This document shows, piece after piece, positions 48,910 to 62,697 of a stretch of DNA of 64,000 nt (the first letter of the stretch is position 1; every line of letters starts with the position of its first letter). A program made the position numbers and the translations under genes. The notes below the pieces were generated by a model, which was not told the DNA's origin, searched no databases, and saw only the letters and a list, made by a program, of their open reading frames with translations. Source of the DNA: Malacoraja senta (lineage: Eukaryota); the NCBI GenBank assembly GCA_038087875.1, contig JAXLNO010005102.1, positions 124,001 through 188,000 on the forward strand, given 5' to 3'.

Positions 48910-51359
48910 ATGCCACTGGTGAAGGGGATATATGTTTAGAGGAGTTACCCTCAGTGTTTTCAAGCTTCTTGAGAGCTGTTGCCACTGAATTGATTGAGGG
49001 AAAGTGGAGAGCATTCCATTTTACTCTTGATGTGTGCCTTGTTGATGATGGGAAGGTCGTGGGATGTCAGGAGGTGAGACGACCTCTGACAGTTGCATGT
49101 TGCCATAGTACTTATGTAACTGGGTTCATTTGAGTTTCTTGCCAACGATAATCTCCAAGATATTAATAGAATCTTTGGAGTTGGTAACACTGTCAAGGCT
49201 AGGTTGTTAGATTATCTTTTTGTTGGAGATGGCCATTTCATGGACCTTATATCTCACAAAGGTTATTTGCCAGTTATCCCCCATACATAATGTTATCTTT
49301 ATATGCCACATCTAAATGCAAATAAGGTGCAAATGGAATTGCACATGGTGTAATCATCAGTAACATTCCCACTTGTTACCTTAAGATAGAGTGAAGGTCA
49401 TTGATGGCACTGCTGAATGTGATTGTGCCTTGGACACTGTTCTCAAGAACTCGTGAACTGATGCCCGAGGATTGTGATCCTACAACAATCACAACAATCT
49501 CTTTTTGCGTGAGGAATCCCTTTTGACTCAATGTGTACTTTGTTGGTGGGGTGGGGGCTAAGAGGGGAGAATGGGCTTCATCAGACAAGATGGCTTACGT
49601 AGTTCTATTTTGCCCTATACACTTTTATTAAGATCCTTCACTTAACATTAATTGCTGTGGTTCATGTTCACCTATGTATAAATATATATGGAGGATTACA
49701 ACTGTTCCAATTTTCCATCAATGAAATATATTGGGTGAATTTTCTATTTTAAGTTCATTTTAAGAAACATTACATATTTAAGTAGATGCTCCTGACAAAA
49801 TTTATTACCAATCATCCAGGAACTCAAGGAACCTTTAAGCAATAATAGCATGGCAATCTAGAAAAAAATTACTCTTCACTCCCATTAATCAGATGAGCAA
49901 TTTTGCAGGCAAATAATGAGCTTTTGGATTTCATGACACATCTTGCTCAGTAATCCAGGAGTGGCGTTAGTATGAAAACATTGAAGTTCCATTCTCTGCT
50001 TAAGGAAGCATGTTCCATTGCTCAGAAGGTATTGTTCGAGAAGGTAGTAACCTTTGCATTCCCTCGTGATTGAATTGGCTTCCTCCAGGTGTTTTCACAG
50101 CCCAGAAACGTGCAGGTTAGTAAGCTAATTCATCAATGTAAATTGCTCCTCAAGTCCAAGTGAGTGGTAGAATCTTGGAGGGATGCAGGGTGGTGAGTTG
50201 ATGAGAATGAGGGGAGTATTCAAAATATCGGATGAATGTAGGATTTGTGTAAATGGCTGATTGATGAGCAGCATGAAGGGCCTGTTTGTATGATGTATCT
50301 CACTGTGAAATGAAATTCCTTCAAGGCACGTTACCCAGGAGATTTTAAACAGTATCTGTACATAGTGGTGAACCAAAGAATTATAGAAGAAACGTCAGAA
50401 TGAGGCTGTAAAAAGTGAAGAAGAAATGAATTCTGAAAAAAAAAATCAAGATTATTCTGAAGCATGGAGCCAAGAAAGGTAAAGATAGTTTCTCTGATGG
50501 TGGAGCAGGGTGGAAGGAGATGTGAATATACAAGAATCTTGATATTGAAACATGTGGTTTGGGACATATTGCTGAAGATTATGATGAAGATGATTATAGG
50601 TAGGAGTCCCAGTAATGCGGTCCAATCCCAGTTGTTTGAGGATACTGTTAAGAGTCAACCACATACAGATCAGACTGAATAAGGAGAGCTGATTTTGTTT
50701 CCTGTAAGTTATTAGCAACAATGCAGGAGTGTCTTATTAGCCTCTCCTGATACCCACTTATTAAAAAAACAAGTTTTATTTAATTAATTCATTTTTGTAC
50801 AACGGGATTCAAATTCATGTCTCCGAATCAATGGTTTGGGTTTCGGGATGTTAGCCCAAACACTAATCACTGCAATGCTAAAAGTGCCGAATGCTGCAAT
50901 CAACCTACATGGTTCTAAATAGCTGATAGTTAAACATTTCCAAATAATTGGGCAACTCAAAAGATGCTCCTCAATTGATGTTGGGGTGGGTGTGGAGGAT
51001 GTGAGTTAATCTGTAGTCATGGAGACTTTATTAGGTGGCCTTTTACCTCTGATCACCCACTTTAATCTCGACATTCCTGAATCAATATTTTCAGAAATAA
51101 TGAACAAAAGTGCTCAAAGCAGATGCAAATTAATCCTCTTTTAATGAATTTACGATTCGTCCTCTGGATTGTACACAGCTGCATCCAATATTTCCAGATC
51201 TTTAATTACTGTGTTAATATGGGCTAAAATAGAGATATATAAAATGGAGGATCAGTACATCTGCAAAACCTGTTTGGTCAATTTCTGTGCAAAGCTGAGA
51301 GCTACAAATTGGTGCCAGGAAGTCTTGGTCATAGATTGAACTATCAGATAAGGTGAGTT

Positions 51360-51590
51360 TGTAGCAGCACCTGCTGCTGCTCGCAAGTATTGAACCCTGC
51401 GGTCGGAAGCCGCGCGCATGTGAATCTGGGAGGGGTTGTGTTTTCGCGCGGTTTCTGGGCTCTGCCCTTCAGTCATTGTGAGACCACCGTTGTGGTCAGT
51501 TGTGTTTCAATGACAGAGTGTTTGATCGGTGAATCTAATTCTGAATAAATTTGATTCGAACCTACCGACTATTGTCTTTGATCCACTAAA
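51360..51590 (+). mobile_element. Short solo LTR (Gypsy-like)
   Basis: TGTAG ... CCACTAAA (probably a mutated CTACA), internal AATAAA at about 51544, CpG-rich, flanks AGTT/AGGT. Confidence 0.5.
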
Positions 51591-52769
51591 AGGTCCAGAT
51601 GTCCTCACAATTGTTAAAATGTATGAGTACTTTGCAGAGAAACCCAAAGGTGTTGGACTGCATTAGCAAGATAGGCTGGCTGCAGAAGGATTGTAAATAC
51701 TGTTGATAATATTGCAAGGTGTTTATGTGACTATTTGACGATTGGCTGAAGTGTGAAGCCTTGTTTGAATTGTTTATACTCCCCAGGAGAATGTTGCATT
51801 ATTTGATTGATTGACTTCCTACCAGAAGCTTCTGTAGAAACATCGTAATGGGATGCTTTGTAATTGGGTTGGGGGACTGTCAATAACACTTTAATGTAAT
51901 CGACATCTGTGATTGGTTTGTATGGGTACCACCCCCATGTAGATCTGCCCCACAGTGTTCGATGATCTATATAAAAGGTAACCCTCACGAGGTTCGTTAT
52001 CGATCTTCTGGAGGTGCGATTGGGACTGCATAACCTTTTGGAAGTATCTGCTTGCACGAGGCTGAAGGATCGATCCCGCGGTGTGGTCTAGAGATCATAT
52101 AGGGAATTCATTATTGTGTCATAAAATAAAAGTTTAGTGGTCCAGTGCTTCAGTAGAGAGCCATTAGCTATATTTTCGAGAACCAGCTGCAGTGTGCAAA
52201 TCAGTACCTTCTGGAATTCTACATCAGACCTTTCACTCCATCCCTCACTGATCATTGAAACCAGAACGTTTTTGTAACTTACTAAGCCAGAAGGTTTGGT
52301 CCACTTCGTATCTGATCTCTCTTCATCTGGGGCTGCCCCTTTCTTTAGTGGGGTTGCTGACCATTAATAAGATCAGTACCTGTTATTTTACTGTTTCTCT
52401 GTATTTCAGTGGATAATGAATGAATGAATAAATACATTATAGTCACATGTGACAAATTACAGTGATATTCTTTGTTTTGCAGAACCAAGGTATGCAATTT
52501 TAACAATTTAATTAATGATTGCAAATGATTTATCATTTCTTTAATTATTTTGGGGACATTTTAATTATTTAATTCAGCTTCCATATTTTTATATGTCTTC
52601 AACCATCATCTCTATGCAAAGGCTTGGGCCACAGTTTGAAACACCTGGGGAAGCCAGGTTGTCGCTCCAAGCCCAATCCACCTACAGCTCCATAACTGTG
52701 TTCTCACGATGGCTGAGAACCTTGGAAATGCAAATGTTTTCTTACATATTAGCCCCTATGTATGTGGCA

Positions 52770-53225
52770 ACAATGGCGGGACTGACATATGATGAAAGAA
52801 TGGGTCGACTGGTCTTGTATTCACTAGAGTTTAGAAGGATGAGAGAGGATCTTATAGAAACATATAAAATTCTTAAGGGATTGAACAAACTAGATGCAGG
52901 AAAAATGTTCCCGATGTTGGGGGAGTCCAGAACCAGGGGTGTCAGTTTAAGAATAAGGGGTGATCCATTTAGGACTGAGATGAGGAAAAACGTTTTCACC
53001 CAGAGAGTTGTGAATCTGTGGAATTCTCTGCCACAGAAGGCAGTGGAGGCCATTTCACTTGACATATTTAAGAGAGTTAGATATAGCTCTTAGGGCTAAC
53101 AGAATCAAGGGATATGGGGAGAAAGCAGGAACAGGATACTGATTTTGGATGATCAGCCATGATCCTATTGAATGGTGGTGCAGGCTCAAAGGGCTGAACA
53201 GCCTATGTTTATGTTTTCTATGTTT
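52770..53225 (+). mobile_element. CR1 3' fragment
   Basis: YSLEFRRMREDLIETYKIL...FTQRVVNLWNSLP plus tail. Confidence 0.88.
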
Positions 53226-53435
53226 TACAATAGATCCCTTTAAAATTGATGTTCTTGAATTAATTTCATTGATGATAACCTCGAATGTGAATGCGGTTTC
53301 GCCAAAGGGAGATTGCTGGAATCCCACAGAAGTGATGTAAATCACTAAAAGTGCCCAGGTTCTCTAGTGCATCCATTGTTCTCATGTCAAAGCTATGGCA
53401 AGAAATTAGGATATTCCCAGTGTAGAACTTCAAAA

Positions 53436-54307
53436 CTTCAAAGGTCCAAAGGTTCTTTATTTGTCACATACACCTTTGGTGTAGTGAAATGCAGATTGCC
53501 ATTGCAGCACATAAAAAAGAATACAACAACAATAATAAAGAAATTTAAACATAAAAATATCCCCCCACAATGGTTCCCACTGTGAGGGAAGGCACAAAGT
53601 CCAGTTCCCATCCCCATGTCCACCCATAGTCGGGCCTATTGAGGCCTCCACAGTAGCTGCTATGGGGCCCGATGTTTCAGGCCCTTCTCGCCGGGTGATG
53701 GTGCTGCGGCGTCGGGAGAATCCTCTCAGCGGCTTGGGATGCCTGGAACGGCCACATCCTTACCGGAGACCGTGGCTTCCGAAGCCAACAAGCCGCGCTG
53801 GTCGGAGCTCCACCACTGGCGATCTCAGCGAGAGATCCCAGGCTCCACGATGTTTAAAGTCAGCACCGCTGCCCGCGGCTGGCCGCTCCACAGTCCCGCA
53901 GCTCCACGATGTTCCAATCGGCGGTCCCAGCATTCCTCAGGTTGCACTAGAGAACCTGAGTTCCAGCGCGGTGACCCTGGCAAGGCATCGCCCGCTCTGC
54001 GATAGCGCTCCAGCGCTGTGCCGCCGCCAAAGCCGAGGTTCTGGCCGGTCCCCTCAGGAAACGCCGCTCCAGGCCCCGATGGTAGGCCGCGAGGACGGGT
54101 CGAAGGTGCTGCTCGGTGAAAAGCTGGCTCTCCGACCAGGTAGGGACTAGGAAAAGCGGTTTCCACCTCCCCCCTCACCCCTCACCCCCCCATATAAAAA
54201 AGACTAAACCTCCAAAAACTAAACTCACTAAAAATAAAAAAAGAGGTGAAAAAATGGACAGTTGCAGGCTGGGCAGCCATACCCATATAGGATGGCGCCC
54301 ACCCCTT
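53436..54307 (-). mobile_element. GC-rich non-coding retroposon, copy C
   Basis: GGCGCC head, T- and G-tracts, hairpin gccttccctcacagtgg/ccattgtggggg, tail aataaagaacctttggacctttg. Confidence 0.68.
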
Positions 54308-55877
54308 TCAACGTTTCTAAGTATTTAATGCGCATTGATTTTGAATGCAACCACAAATTATTGTACATACTGCATGTGCTGAATGGAAACTAAATTATCA
54401 GGCAGCAACTGCACAATTCAAGATTCTAAAACACTTCTGAAATTGAATCTGCCATCTTATAAAAAACAATTTAAAAAGTGTGTAGACTGTACAGGACTGA
54501 TAAGAGTATCAGGATAGTTTAAAGTAGCACTAGGGTTGTAATTTTAATAGGAAGTTAATTATTCCCATCATGTATTTTTTAATAAATCTTGCTATTAAAT
54601 AATTAAAATTAAACGGAAGATATTGAAATTGTGAAATGAAGTTTAATCATGAAGTAAACTTTGGCATCTTTGAATGAGGAAGATTTCTTGTCTGTCAGAA
54701 CCTACTCAAGATAAAACTGGTGGTAAATTGTACAAATCTTCACAATTATGCCAGTCGCCTTATCTGTCACTGCAGTGACTCAAGTTCCAGAAACCTTAAT
54801 TGCATATCTGGAATCTAGTTGCAGTTGCAGGTTAATTTACTTAAACGCCTTCCATGAGATCTTGACTCACTTCACTGAATAATTGCGAAGCACACAAGGA
54901 TAGTTTATTAAACCATTTAAATGATTCAACAACAACAAAAAATTATCTCTGTGAAACAACTTGAAAACAAACTTTTAAAGTAACAAATAATCCATTAATC
55001 ATTCAAACTTTTGCAATTTGTTTTGCATTCTGAAAATATTCGTATGTTTAGAGTGCTATGTATCTATTGTTAAATACATAAGAACCATTTTTAAACTGAG
55101 GTATTATGTCATCTATAATTGATGCAATGGTTGTATGATTTAAAATGAACAGTTAAATGGTGGAAAAGTTGCTTTCACCTTTGTTCAATCCCTTGAAGTT
55201 ATTTACATCAGAATTTAACAGACAGAGTCCAAATTCACTTGTGGGTTTATTTTTGAGCAATATTTGAGGCAATTATCAACTAGAAATGACTAACTTCGCA
55301 CCTCAGCAAAAGTTGTTTCATATATTTTTTAATTCCCAACCACTCCTGTCAATGAATCAAAGGTGTTGATTCACTTTGGCATGTTTCCATGGTAGACACT
55401 CCTTTCAAGTGGGCTTTCTGAGAAGTGATCGTAAAACATTGAGTACTGCAGCCATAAAGGCCCAACTGAGATTCCACCTCAGCCTGATAGCTATGCTTGT
55501 GCAATGTCCAGTAAAGGTCAGGAATCTTTGCACAATATTCCCGTCCCCAGTTAAATCGAGGCTTAATTTCCGAACACCAATGGTAATATTCACATTGCTT
55601 TTTTTTCCAGCAGAAAAGCAAGCTCATTGCAATTTTTGATGTTTAATCCCAAATTAGTTGGAATGACAGGAATCTTTCTCATTGTTCTTTTCATTATTAG
55701 TCTGTACTTTATTCAAGTGCTGTAAAATTAGTTATGAATCTAATACCATTGTGATATTTGCAGAAAGCAAGTTAATATTGTATGCACATGCCAATATTTG
55801 TTTTATATATACATGATGATGAGGAAATTTGGGTTTAGTACAGCTGGATAGAATTTGACACTTAGCAATATTTTAAA

Positions 55878-57614
55878 CTAGACTAAGTGGGACCCGTTGG
55901 GTCCCATGTTCACACAGGAGGGCTGGCCCCCCAACGCAATATTCCACCTCTGCACCAATTCCAATATTGGCGGCCAGTGGGAGGGAGAGGGGGGGGCTTT
56001 CTGGAGCACTAGTATGGGTATTGTGGGCTGAAGGGTCTGGTTTCCAGGGCTAGTATGGACATTGTGGGACAAATGGACTCTTGGCGTGGCAGGTCAGTCA
56101 CTCAAGCCTGATGTGCTGGCAGCTCACTCATGGCTGGTGGGCTGGCAGTTGACTCACGGCTATTCCTTGAAATTCCATTTCAAGCAGGGTGCAAGGCCAC
56201 CAAATTCAAATGCAGTTTCCTACCACTTCAAGCAGGGTGCAAGGCCACCGAATTCAAGTGCAGTTTCCGACCACTTCAAGCAGGGTGCAAGGGCACCGAA
56301 TTCAAGTGCAGTTTCAAACCACTTCAAGCAGGGTGCAAGGCCAACGAATTCAAGTGTAGTTTCATACCACCTCAAGCAGGGTACAAGGCCACCAAATTCA
56401 AGTGCTGTTTCATACCACTTAAAGCAGGGTGCAAGGCCACCAAATTCAAGTGCAGTTTCATAACACTTCAAGCACGGTGCAATGCCACCAAATTCAAGTG
56501 CAGTTTCATACCACTTCAAGCAGGGTCCAAGTCCACCAAACTCAAGTGCAGTTTCATACCACTTCAAGCAGCGTGCAAGGCCACCAAAGTCAAGTGAAAT
56601 TCCCTATCACTTCAAGCAGGGTGTAAGGCCACCAAACCCAAGTGCAGTTTCATGCCACTTCAAGCAGGGTGCAAGGCCACCAAACTCAAGTGCAGTTTCA
56701 TGCCACTACAAGCAGAGTGCAAGGCCACCAAATTCAAGTGCAGTTTCATGCCACTTCAAGCAGGGTGCAAGGCCACCAAATCAAGTGATGTTTCATGCTA
56801 TTTCAAGCAGGGTGCAAGGCCACCAAATTCATGTGCAGTTTCATGCCACTTCAAGCAGGGTGCAAGGCCACCAAATTCAAGTGCAGTTTCATGCCACTTC
56901 TAGCAGGGTGCAAGGCCACCAAATCCAAGTGCAGTTTCATGCCACTTCAAGCAGGGTGCAAGGCCACCAAATGCTAGTGCTGTTTCATGCCATTTCAAGC
57001 AGGGTGCAAGGCCACCAAATTCAAGTGCAGTTTCATGCCACTTCAAGCACGGTGCAAGGCCACCAAATCCAAGTGCAGTTTCATGCCACTTCAAGCAGGG
57101 TGCAAGACCACCAAATGCTAGTGCTGTTTCATGCCATTTCAAGCAGGGTGCAAGGCCACCAAATTCAAGTGCAGTTTCATGCCACTTCTAGCAGGGTGCA
57201 AGGCCACCAAATCCAAGTGCAGTTTCATGCCACTTCAAGCAGGGTGCAAGGCCACCAAATGCTAGTGCTGTTTCATGCCATTTCAAGCAGGGTGCAAGGC
57301 CACCAAATTCAAGTGCAGTTTCATGCCACTTCAAGCACGGTGCAAGGCCACCAAATCCAAGTGCAGTTTCATGCCACTTCAAGCAGGGTGCAAGACCACC
57401 AAATGCTAGTGCTGTTTCATGCCATTTCAAGCAGGGTGCAAGGCCACCAAATTCAAGTGCAGTTTCATGCCACTTCAAGCAGGGTGCAAGGCCACCAAAT
57501 CAAGTGCAGTTTCATGCCATTTCACAAATCACAGCTGTAAATCGCAGCATTTTTTCTAAAATCAATATACAGAACAACAGGAAGTGGTCAAGATCAGACT
57601 TTTAGTAATATAGA
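55878..57614 (-). mobile_element. Non-autonomous Helitron (canonical ends) carrying a tandem array
   Basis: Minus strand A|TCTATATTACTAAAAG ... GGGACCC-AAC-GGGTCCC ACTTAGT CTAG|T: 5' TC, 3' hairpin plus CTAG, A|T target, no TSD. Confidence 0.9.
56175..57522. repeat. 48-bp tandem repeat, about 28 units
   Basis: Unit CACTTCAAGCAGGGTGCAAGGCCACCAAATTCAAGTGCAGTTTCATGC. Confidence 0.97.
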
Positions 57615-57927
57615 TGAGTGATGGCGTGACAATAGTGCTTTCTTTTTTTTTTGTTAATAATATTTTTATTAGAGGCAAGTACATATCATGTTGAAAACAT
57701 TTCATGTATTTCATTTCTACATTAGTAATATTATCAAACTTTATTCGTGTTGCCTCCAATAGTTTTTTTTTATATGGATAGAAAATAAGAAAATAGCAGA
57801 AAAAGGGAAAAGAAGAAAAAAAAAGGGGATAATAAAGAAGAATGGAATAACTTACTAAAAGTACATCATTGGAGATATATTCGTACATTTCAAAGTATAA
57901 CTTTTCATCTAATCCTTGGCTCGAGTT

Positions 57928-60900
57928 TTAGTCAGGTTCTCGTGTCGAACCAGTCTGGCCCTTCAAGTAGTCAATAAATGGAGACCATGTTCTGATAAAT
58001 AATTCTTGTTTGTCCATTAGGACAAGTCTAATTCTTTCCAAATGTAAGGTCTCCGACATTTCTATAATCCACATTTAAATTGTGGGGGTTATAGGACCTT
58101 TCCAAAATTTTAATATTAATTTTTTTCCAGTTATTATACTATAATCAATAAAGTTTCTTTGAGTTGTTGTAAATGTTTGATTTTGTTCTAATATTCCTAG
58201 TATTATTAATTTTGAATCAGGATCCAATTGAGTGTTGACAACTATAGATATTATTCTAAAAATGTCCGCCTAATTTTTTTTAATTTTTATACAATTCGCA
58301 AATGTATGAGTTAGGTTAGCATCTAAATGTTGACATTTATCACAAATAGAGGAGATGTGTGGGAAGATTCTATTCAGTTTTGTTTTAGAATAATGTAATC
58401 TATGTAGTACTTTGAATTGTATTAGAGTGTCTGGCATTTAATGAACATTGATGTATATGTTGTAAACTTTCTTCCCAAGTATCTTTCGTTATTGTTTGGT
58501 TTAGTTCCTTTTCCCATGTTTGCCTATATAAATCCGTCGATGGTATCTCACTATCTAATAAGGTGTTATATATATGAGATATTAATGTTTCTGTATTAGG
58601 ATGCTTATTCAAACAGTCATCAAGGATTTCTGGATCTCTAGTTCTAAAGTTTTGAGTATTTGCTTTAACATAATCTCTAAGTTGTAGATATCTGAAAAAA
58701 TCATTTAAGTGGAGTCCATAAGTCTGTTGTAGCTCCTGAAATGAAAGAAATGTGCCTTTCTTATAAAGTTGTCCCATCATTTTAATTCCATAATTTTTCC
58801 ATTGTATGAAACCTTTATCTAACCTAGAAGGTTTAAATAAAGGGTTATTCACAATGGGAAGAAAGAGTGATAAATTATCCAATTTTAAGGTCTTTTTTAA
58901 TTGTTTCCAAATTCGCATACCACTGTGTATTATAGAATTTTCCCTATAAATTTTTTTATTCAATTTCGAGGTAGCAAACAGTATCGAACCAATTTCAAAG
59001 GGTAAACAGTCTTCCTTTTCCATTTTTCACCAATCCAGTTGCTGATCTATTTCTTCCAACCAAACGTTCATATTTTTAATGTTAACTGCCCAAAAATAAA
59101 ACAAAGAATTTGGTAAAACTAAACCTCCATTTATTTTTGATTTGCACAGATGTTTTTTGCTTGTCCTATGATTCTTATAATCCCAGATAAAATCAGTGAT
59201 AATGGAATCCAACTTTTTGAAGACTTTTTTGGCAAATATATCGGAATTGTTTGAAAAAGGTATAATATTTGCGGTAAAAAAAATCATTTTTATGGCATTA
59301 ATTTTACCAACCATTGAAATAGGAAGTGTTTTCCAGTACTGAATATTCTTATGTAGTTTATTCAGTAGAGGGGGGAAATTTAATTTAAATAATGATGCAT
59401 ATGTCTTAGTGACATAAATTCCTAGATATTTACATTTTTCATTAACTATTTAAAACGGGAATTGTTGTAATATATGTGTATTATGTTCCGTTATTGGCAT
59501 AATTTCACTTTTATTCCAATTAATTCTGTATCCAGAGAGTAAACCAAATCGAGTTATTAAATTTAATAAATTTGGAATACTAATTTCTGGTTTTGTGATG
59601 TAAATTAATACATCATCTGCGTATAAAGAAATTTTATTCACTGTGTCTTTAGTATTATACCCGTATATTTCCGGGTGGGTCCTAACTCTTTCAGCAAGTG
59701 GCTCAATAGCAAGTGCAAATAATAACGGAGATAACGGGCATCCTTGTCTACAACCTCTAGATAAATTAAATTTAGATGATAACCTTTGATTTGTTAATAT
59801 TCTAGCTGTTGGGTTAGTATATAAAAGTTTTACCCATGTACAGAACTTCTCACCCAATTGCAATTTTTCCATCACCGAAGATAAATAGGGCCATTCAACC
59901 TGATCAAATGCTTTCTCAGCATCAAGTGAGATTATTGCTAGGTCTTCGTTAGTGATTCTCTTTGAATATATTATATTAAATAATCGTCTCAAATTATAAT
60001 ATGAATACCGTTTCTGGATAAAGCCTGTTTGGTCAGGGTGTATTAATTTATTCATCACTGTACTTAATCTGTGTGCTAGAATTTTATTAATATTTTCTGA
60101 TCTGTATTTAAAAGAGCAATTGCTCTGTATGATCCTGGATCTTCTGGATCCTTATCAGCCTTTGGTATAAGTGTTATTATAGATTTGTTTAAAGTTTCTG
60201 GCAATTTCTGTTGAATATAAGTATACTCATACAGTGTTTGTAAACGTGGGGAGACCAAATCGTAATTTTTTAAATAAAATTCAGAACCTAAACCATCTGG
60301 GCCTGCTGCTTTACCGTTTTTTAAAGATCTAATAGACTCTTCAATATCTTTTACCGTGACTTCAGCTTCTAGTAATTCTCTGTCTTTTGAGCCTAAACCT
60401 TTTAGATTGCATTTTTGTAAGAATTCTACTATTCCTTCCGGCTGTTCTATAGTTTTAGTTGAATAAAGATTTTGATAATATTGGAGAAATCTCTCATTTA
60501 TATCCTTGGGCAGTATTAATAATTCTCCCATATCTGATCTAATTTTGTGGATTGTTTTTTCCCCCTCCAGTTTTCGAAGCTGACGTGCAAAGAGTTTTTG
60601 TGGGTTGTCTCCGAATTCAAAATGTAATTGTTTAGTGTGTTGGTAGAGTTTTATTACTTGTTCTGAGTACATTTTATTTAATTTGTATTTCAATACAGCA
60701 ATTTTATTATGTTTTATCATAGAAGGCATAGCCGCTTTTCAATATCTAGTTGCTTTATTTCCCTTTCCAGTGTCCAAACGCTTTAAATGTTTCCCAAATA
60801 AGAGAAGCAGATGTTCCAGGGTTATCATTAGTCTAAAAAAATGTATGAATCTGTTTAGTAAGATATTCCTGACATGATCTTTCCTTTAAAATTTGGGGAT

Positions 60901-61678
60901 TAAGTCTCCAATATGTTTGTTTCTCGGCCATTCCATTTAATTTAATCATAAATGTTAAAGGTGCATGGTCTGAGATTATAATATTATGATATTTTGTATT
61001 GTAAGTAAATGGGATGAGCATAGAGTCTACTAAAAAATAGTCTATTCTTGAGTAGGTTTTATGTACCGGTGAATAAAATGAATATTCCCGTCCGGTTGGA
61101 TTTTCGATTCTCCAGACATCCTTAATATTAGTGGTATTAATAAATGAGTTTAGAAATTCACTTGATTGAGATTTTACTATTTAATGCCTTGATGATCTGT
61201 CTAAATAAGGGTCTAGTGTACAATTTAAATCTCCTCCAATTATTAATTTATATTGTGTGAATTCTGGGATTGTATTAAATGTTTTCTTAAAAAACATTGG
61301 ACTATCAAAATTAGGTCCATAAACATTAAGAAGAATCACTTTTTTTGCGTTTAACTCTCCAACTAATACAATATATCTACCGTCAATATCCGCTATAGTT
61401 GATGTATGTTTAAAAGGTATCCCTTTACGGATTAATATTGCAACTCCTCTGGATTTGTGTGAAAAAGAGGAATGATACGCTTCAGCAATCCATTTTGCTT
61501 TCAGTCTATGTTGTGATTCGTTTTTAAGGTGGGTTTCTTGAAGGAATATTATGTCTGTCTTAAGTGATTTTAAATGTGCTAAAACTTTACCTCTCTTAAT
61601 TGGTTCATTAATTCCCTTAACATTCCAACTACAAAAAGTTATTCCTTCACTCCCTATTGTCATATTACCGTCTTGCAT
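57928..61678 (-). pseudogene. L1 ORF2 (endonuclease-RT-Cys-rich), broken by several frameshifts
   Basis: SWNVKG/LQETH/GGDLN, YRAIALLN, LDAEKAFD, GCRQGCPLSP and LYADD motifs spread over several ORF fragments. Confidence 0.92.
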
Positions 61679-62697
61679 ATTATTTCTAGGGTGGTCTGTA
61701 GAAGAGCAGATGGTACAACACACAAAACCTGACCTTACACCCGAACATCAGATGGATGAATTTTAAATCTCGTACATCGCTCTTCCGAGTATATCTCCTT
61801 AAATTAAACTTATGATTCCATTCAAACTTAAAATTATAATAATATTTAAAATGAGAAAAGTAATATAGTAGATTAGTGAAGTGTGAAAGAAAGAAAACTA
61901 CATCTACAGTTAGTGTAGTTAGTGTTAGCCACACTAGCGTGGCTAGCATTCTAAAAACTTCCATAGCCTTTGTAAAAAAAAAATCCTAGCTCCGTGCTTT
62001 CCATTAAAAAAAAAACTTTTTAACAATAAGACAATTTCTTGGGGAGTAATTAAACATTTTTAAACCAAAGAATTTCATAATTCATTAATAAGAAACATTA
62101 TTATTCTCAAAATACCGTATTAATATTGTTTTTAAGTATATATTTTTAATCGAAAAATAAAGAGGAAAAACGCCAACCCTTATTAATAAATGGGCTCAAT
62201 TAAATCTTACTTATAATCATATAACATATAATCCTAAGGTCATATTTAAACTATTTCTACGTTAACCAAATAATGTTAGTTATTAATCGTTGTTGGTAGT
62301 CATTCGTAATAATGAATGTTTATAAATGGTATAAATGTTAATAATAATAGTGATATTTAGTAATTATTAGTAATTAACTATAATATTAGAATGTAAATGT
62401 AATAATTAGTAATAATAATTAGTAACAATTAACAATAACACTAGGGTATAATTGTTCTATATTAGTTTTACTAGAAAAAAAAAGAGAAAACATTTTTGCT
62501 CCACTGTCCTTATCTATTTTCAATAGTCCTTAATTATAACACTTTAAAGTTCTTTAAAGTTCCTTTTAGACCTCGACGAGGTCTCGCTGCTCGTTGACAC
62601 CTGGAGAGTGATGTACATTGTTCAGTCTCTGGTCACGTTCCCAATATTCTTGGCGAATTCAAGTGCTTTTTAATGGTCTGTGAAGAGTTGCTCCGTC

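Noticed and set aside
51731-52057. 108-aa minus-strand ORF
   Set aside because: No motif or splice context that I can support; probably a decayed TE or chance.
56062-57540. Long repetitive ORFs (up to 352 aa) in several frames, and a superficially CRISPR-like periodicity
   Set aside because: The 48-bp unit is a multiple of 3 and lacks stops in most frames, so the ORFs are a by-product. The units are contiguous with no unique spacers and there are no cas genes. It is a Helitron-internal satellite.
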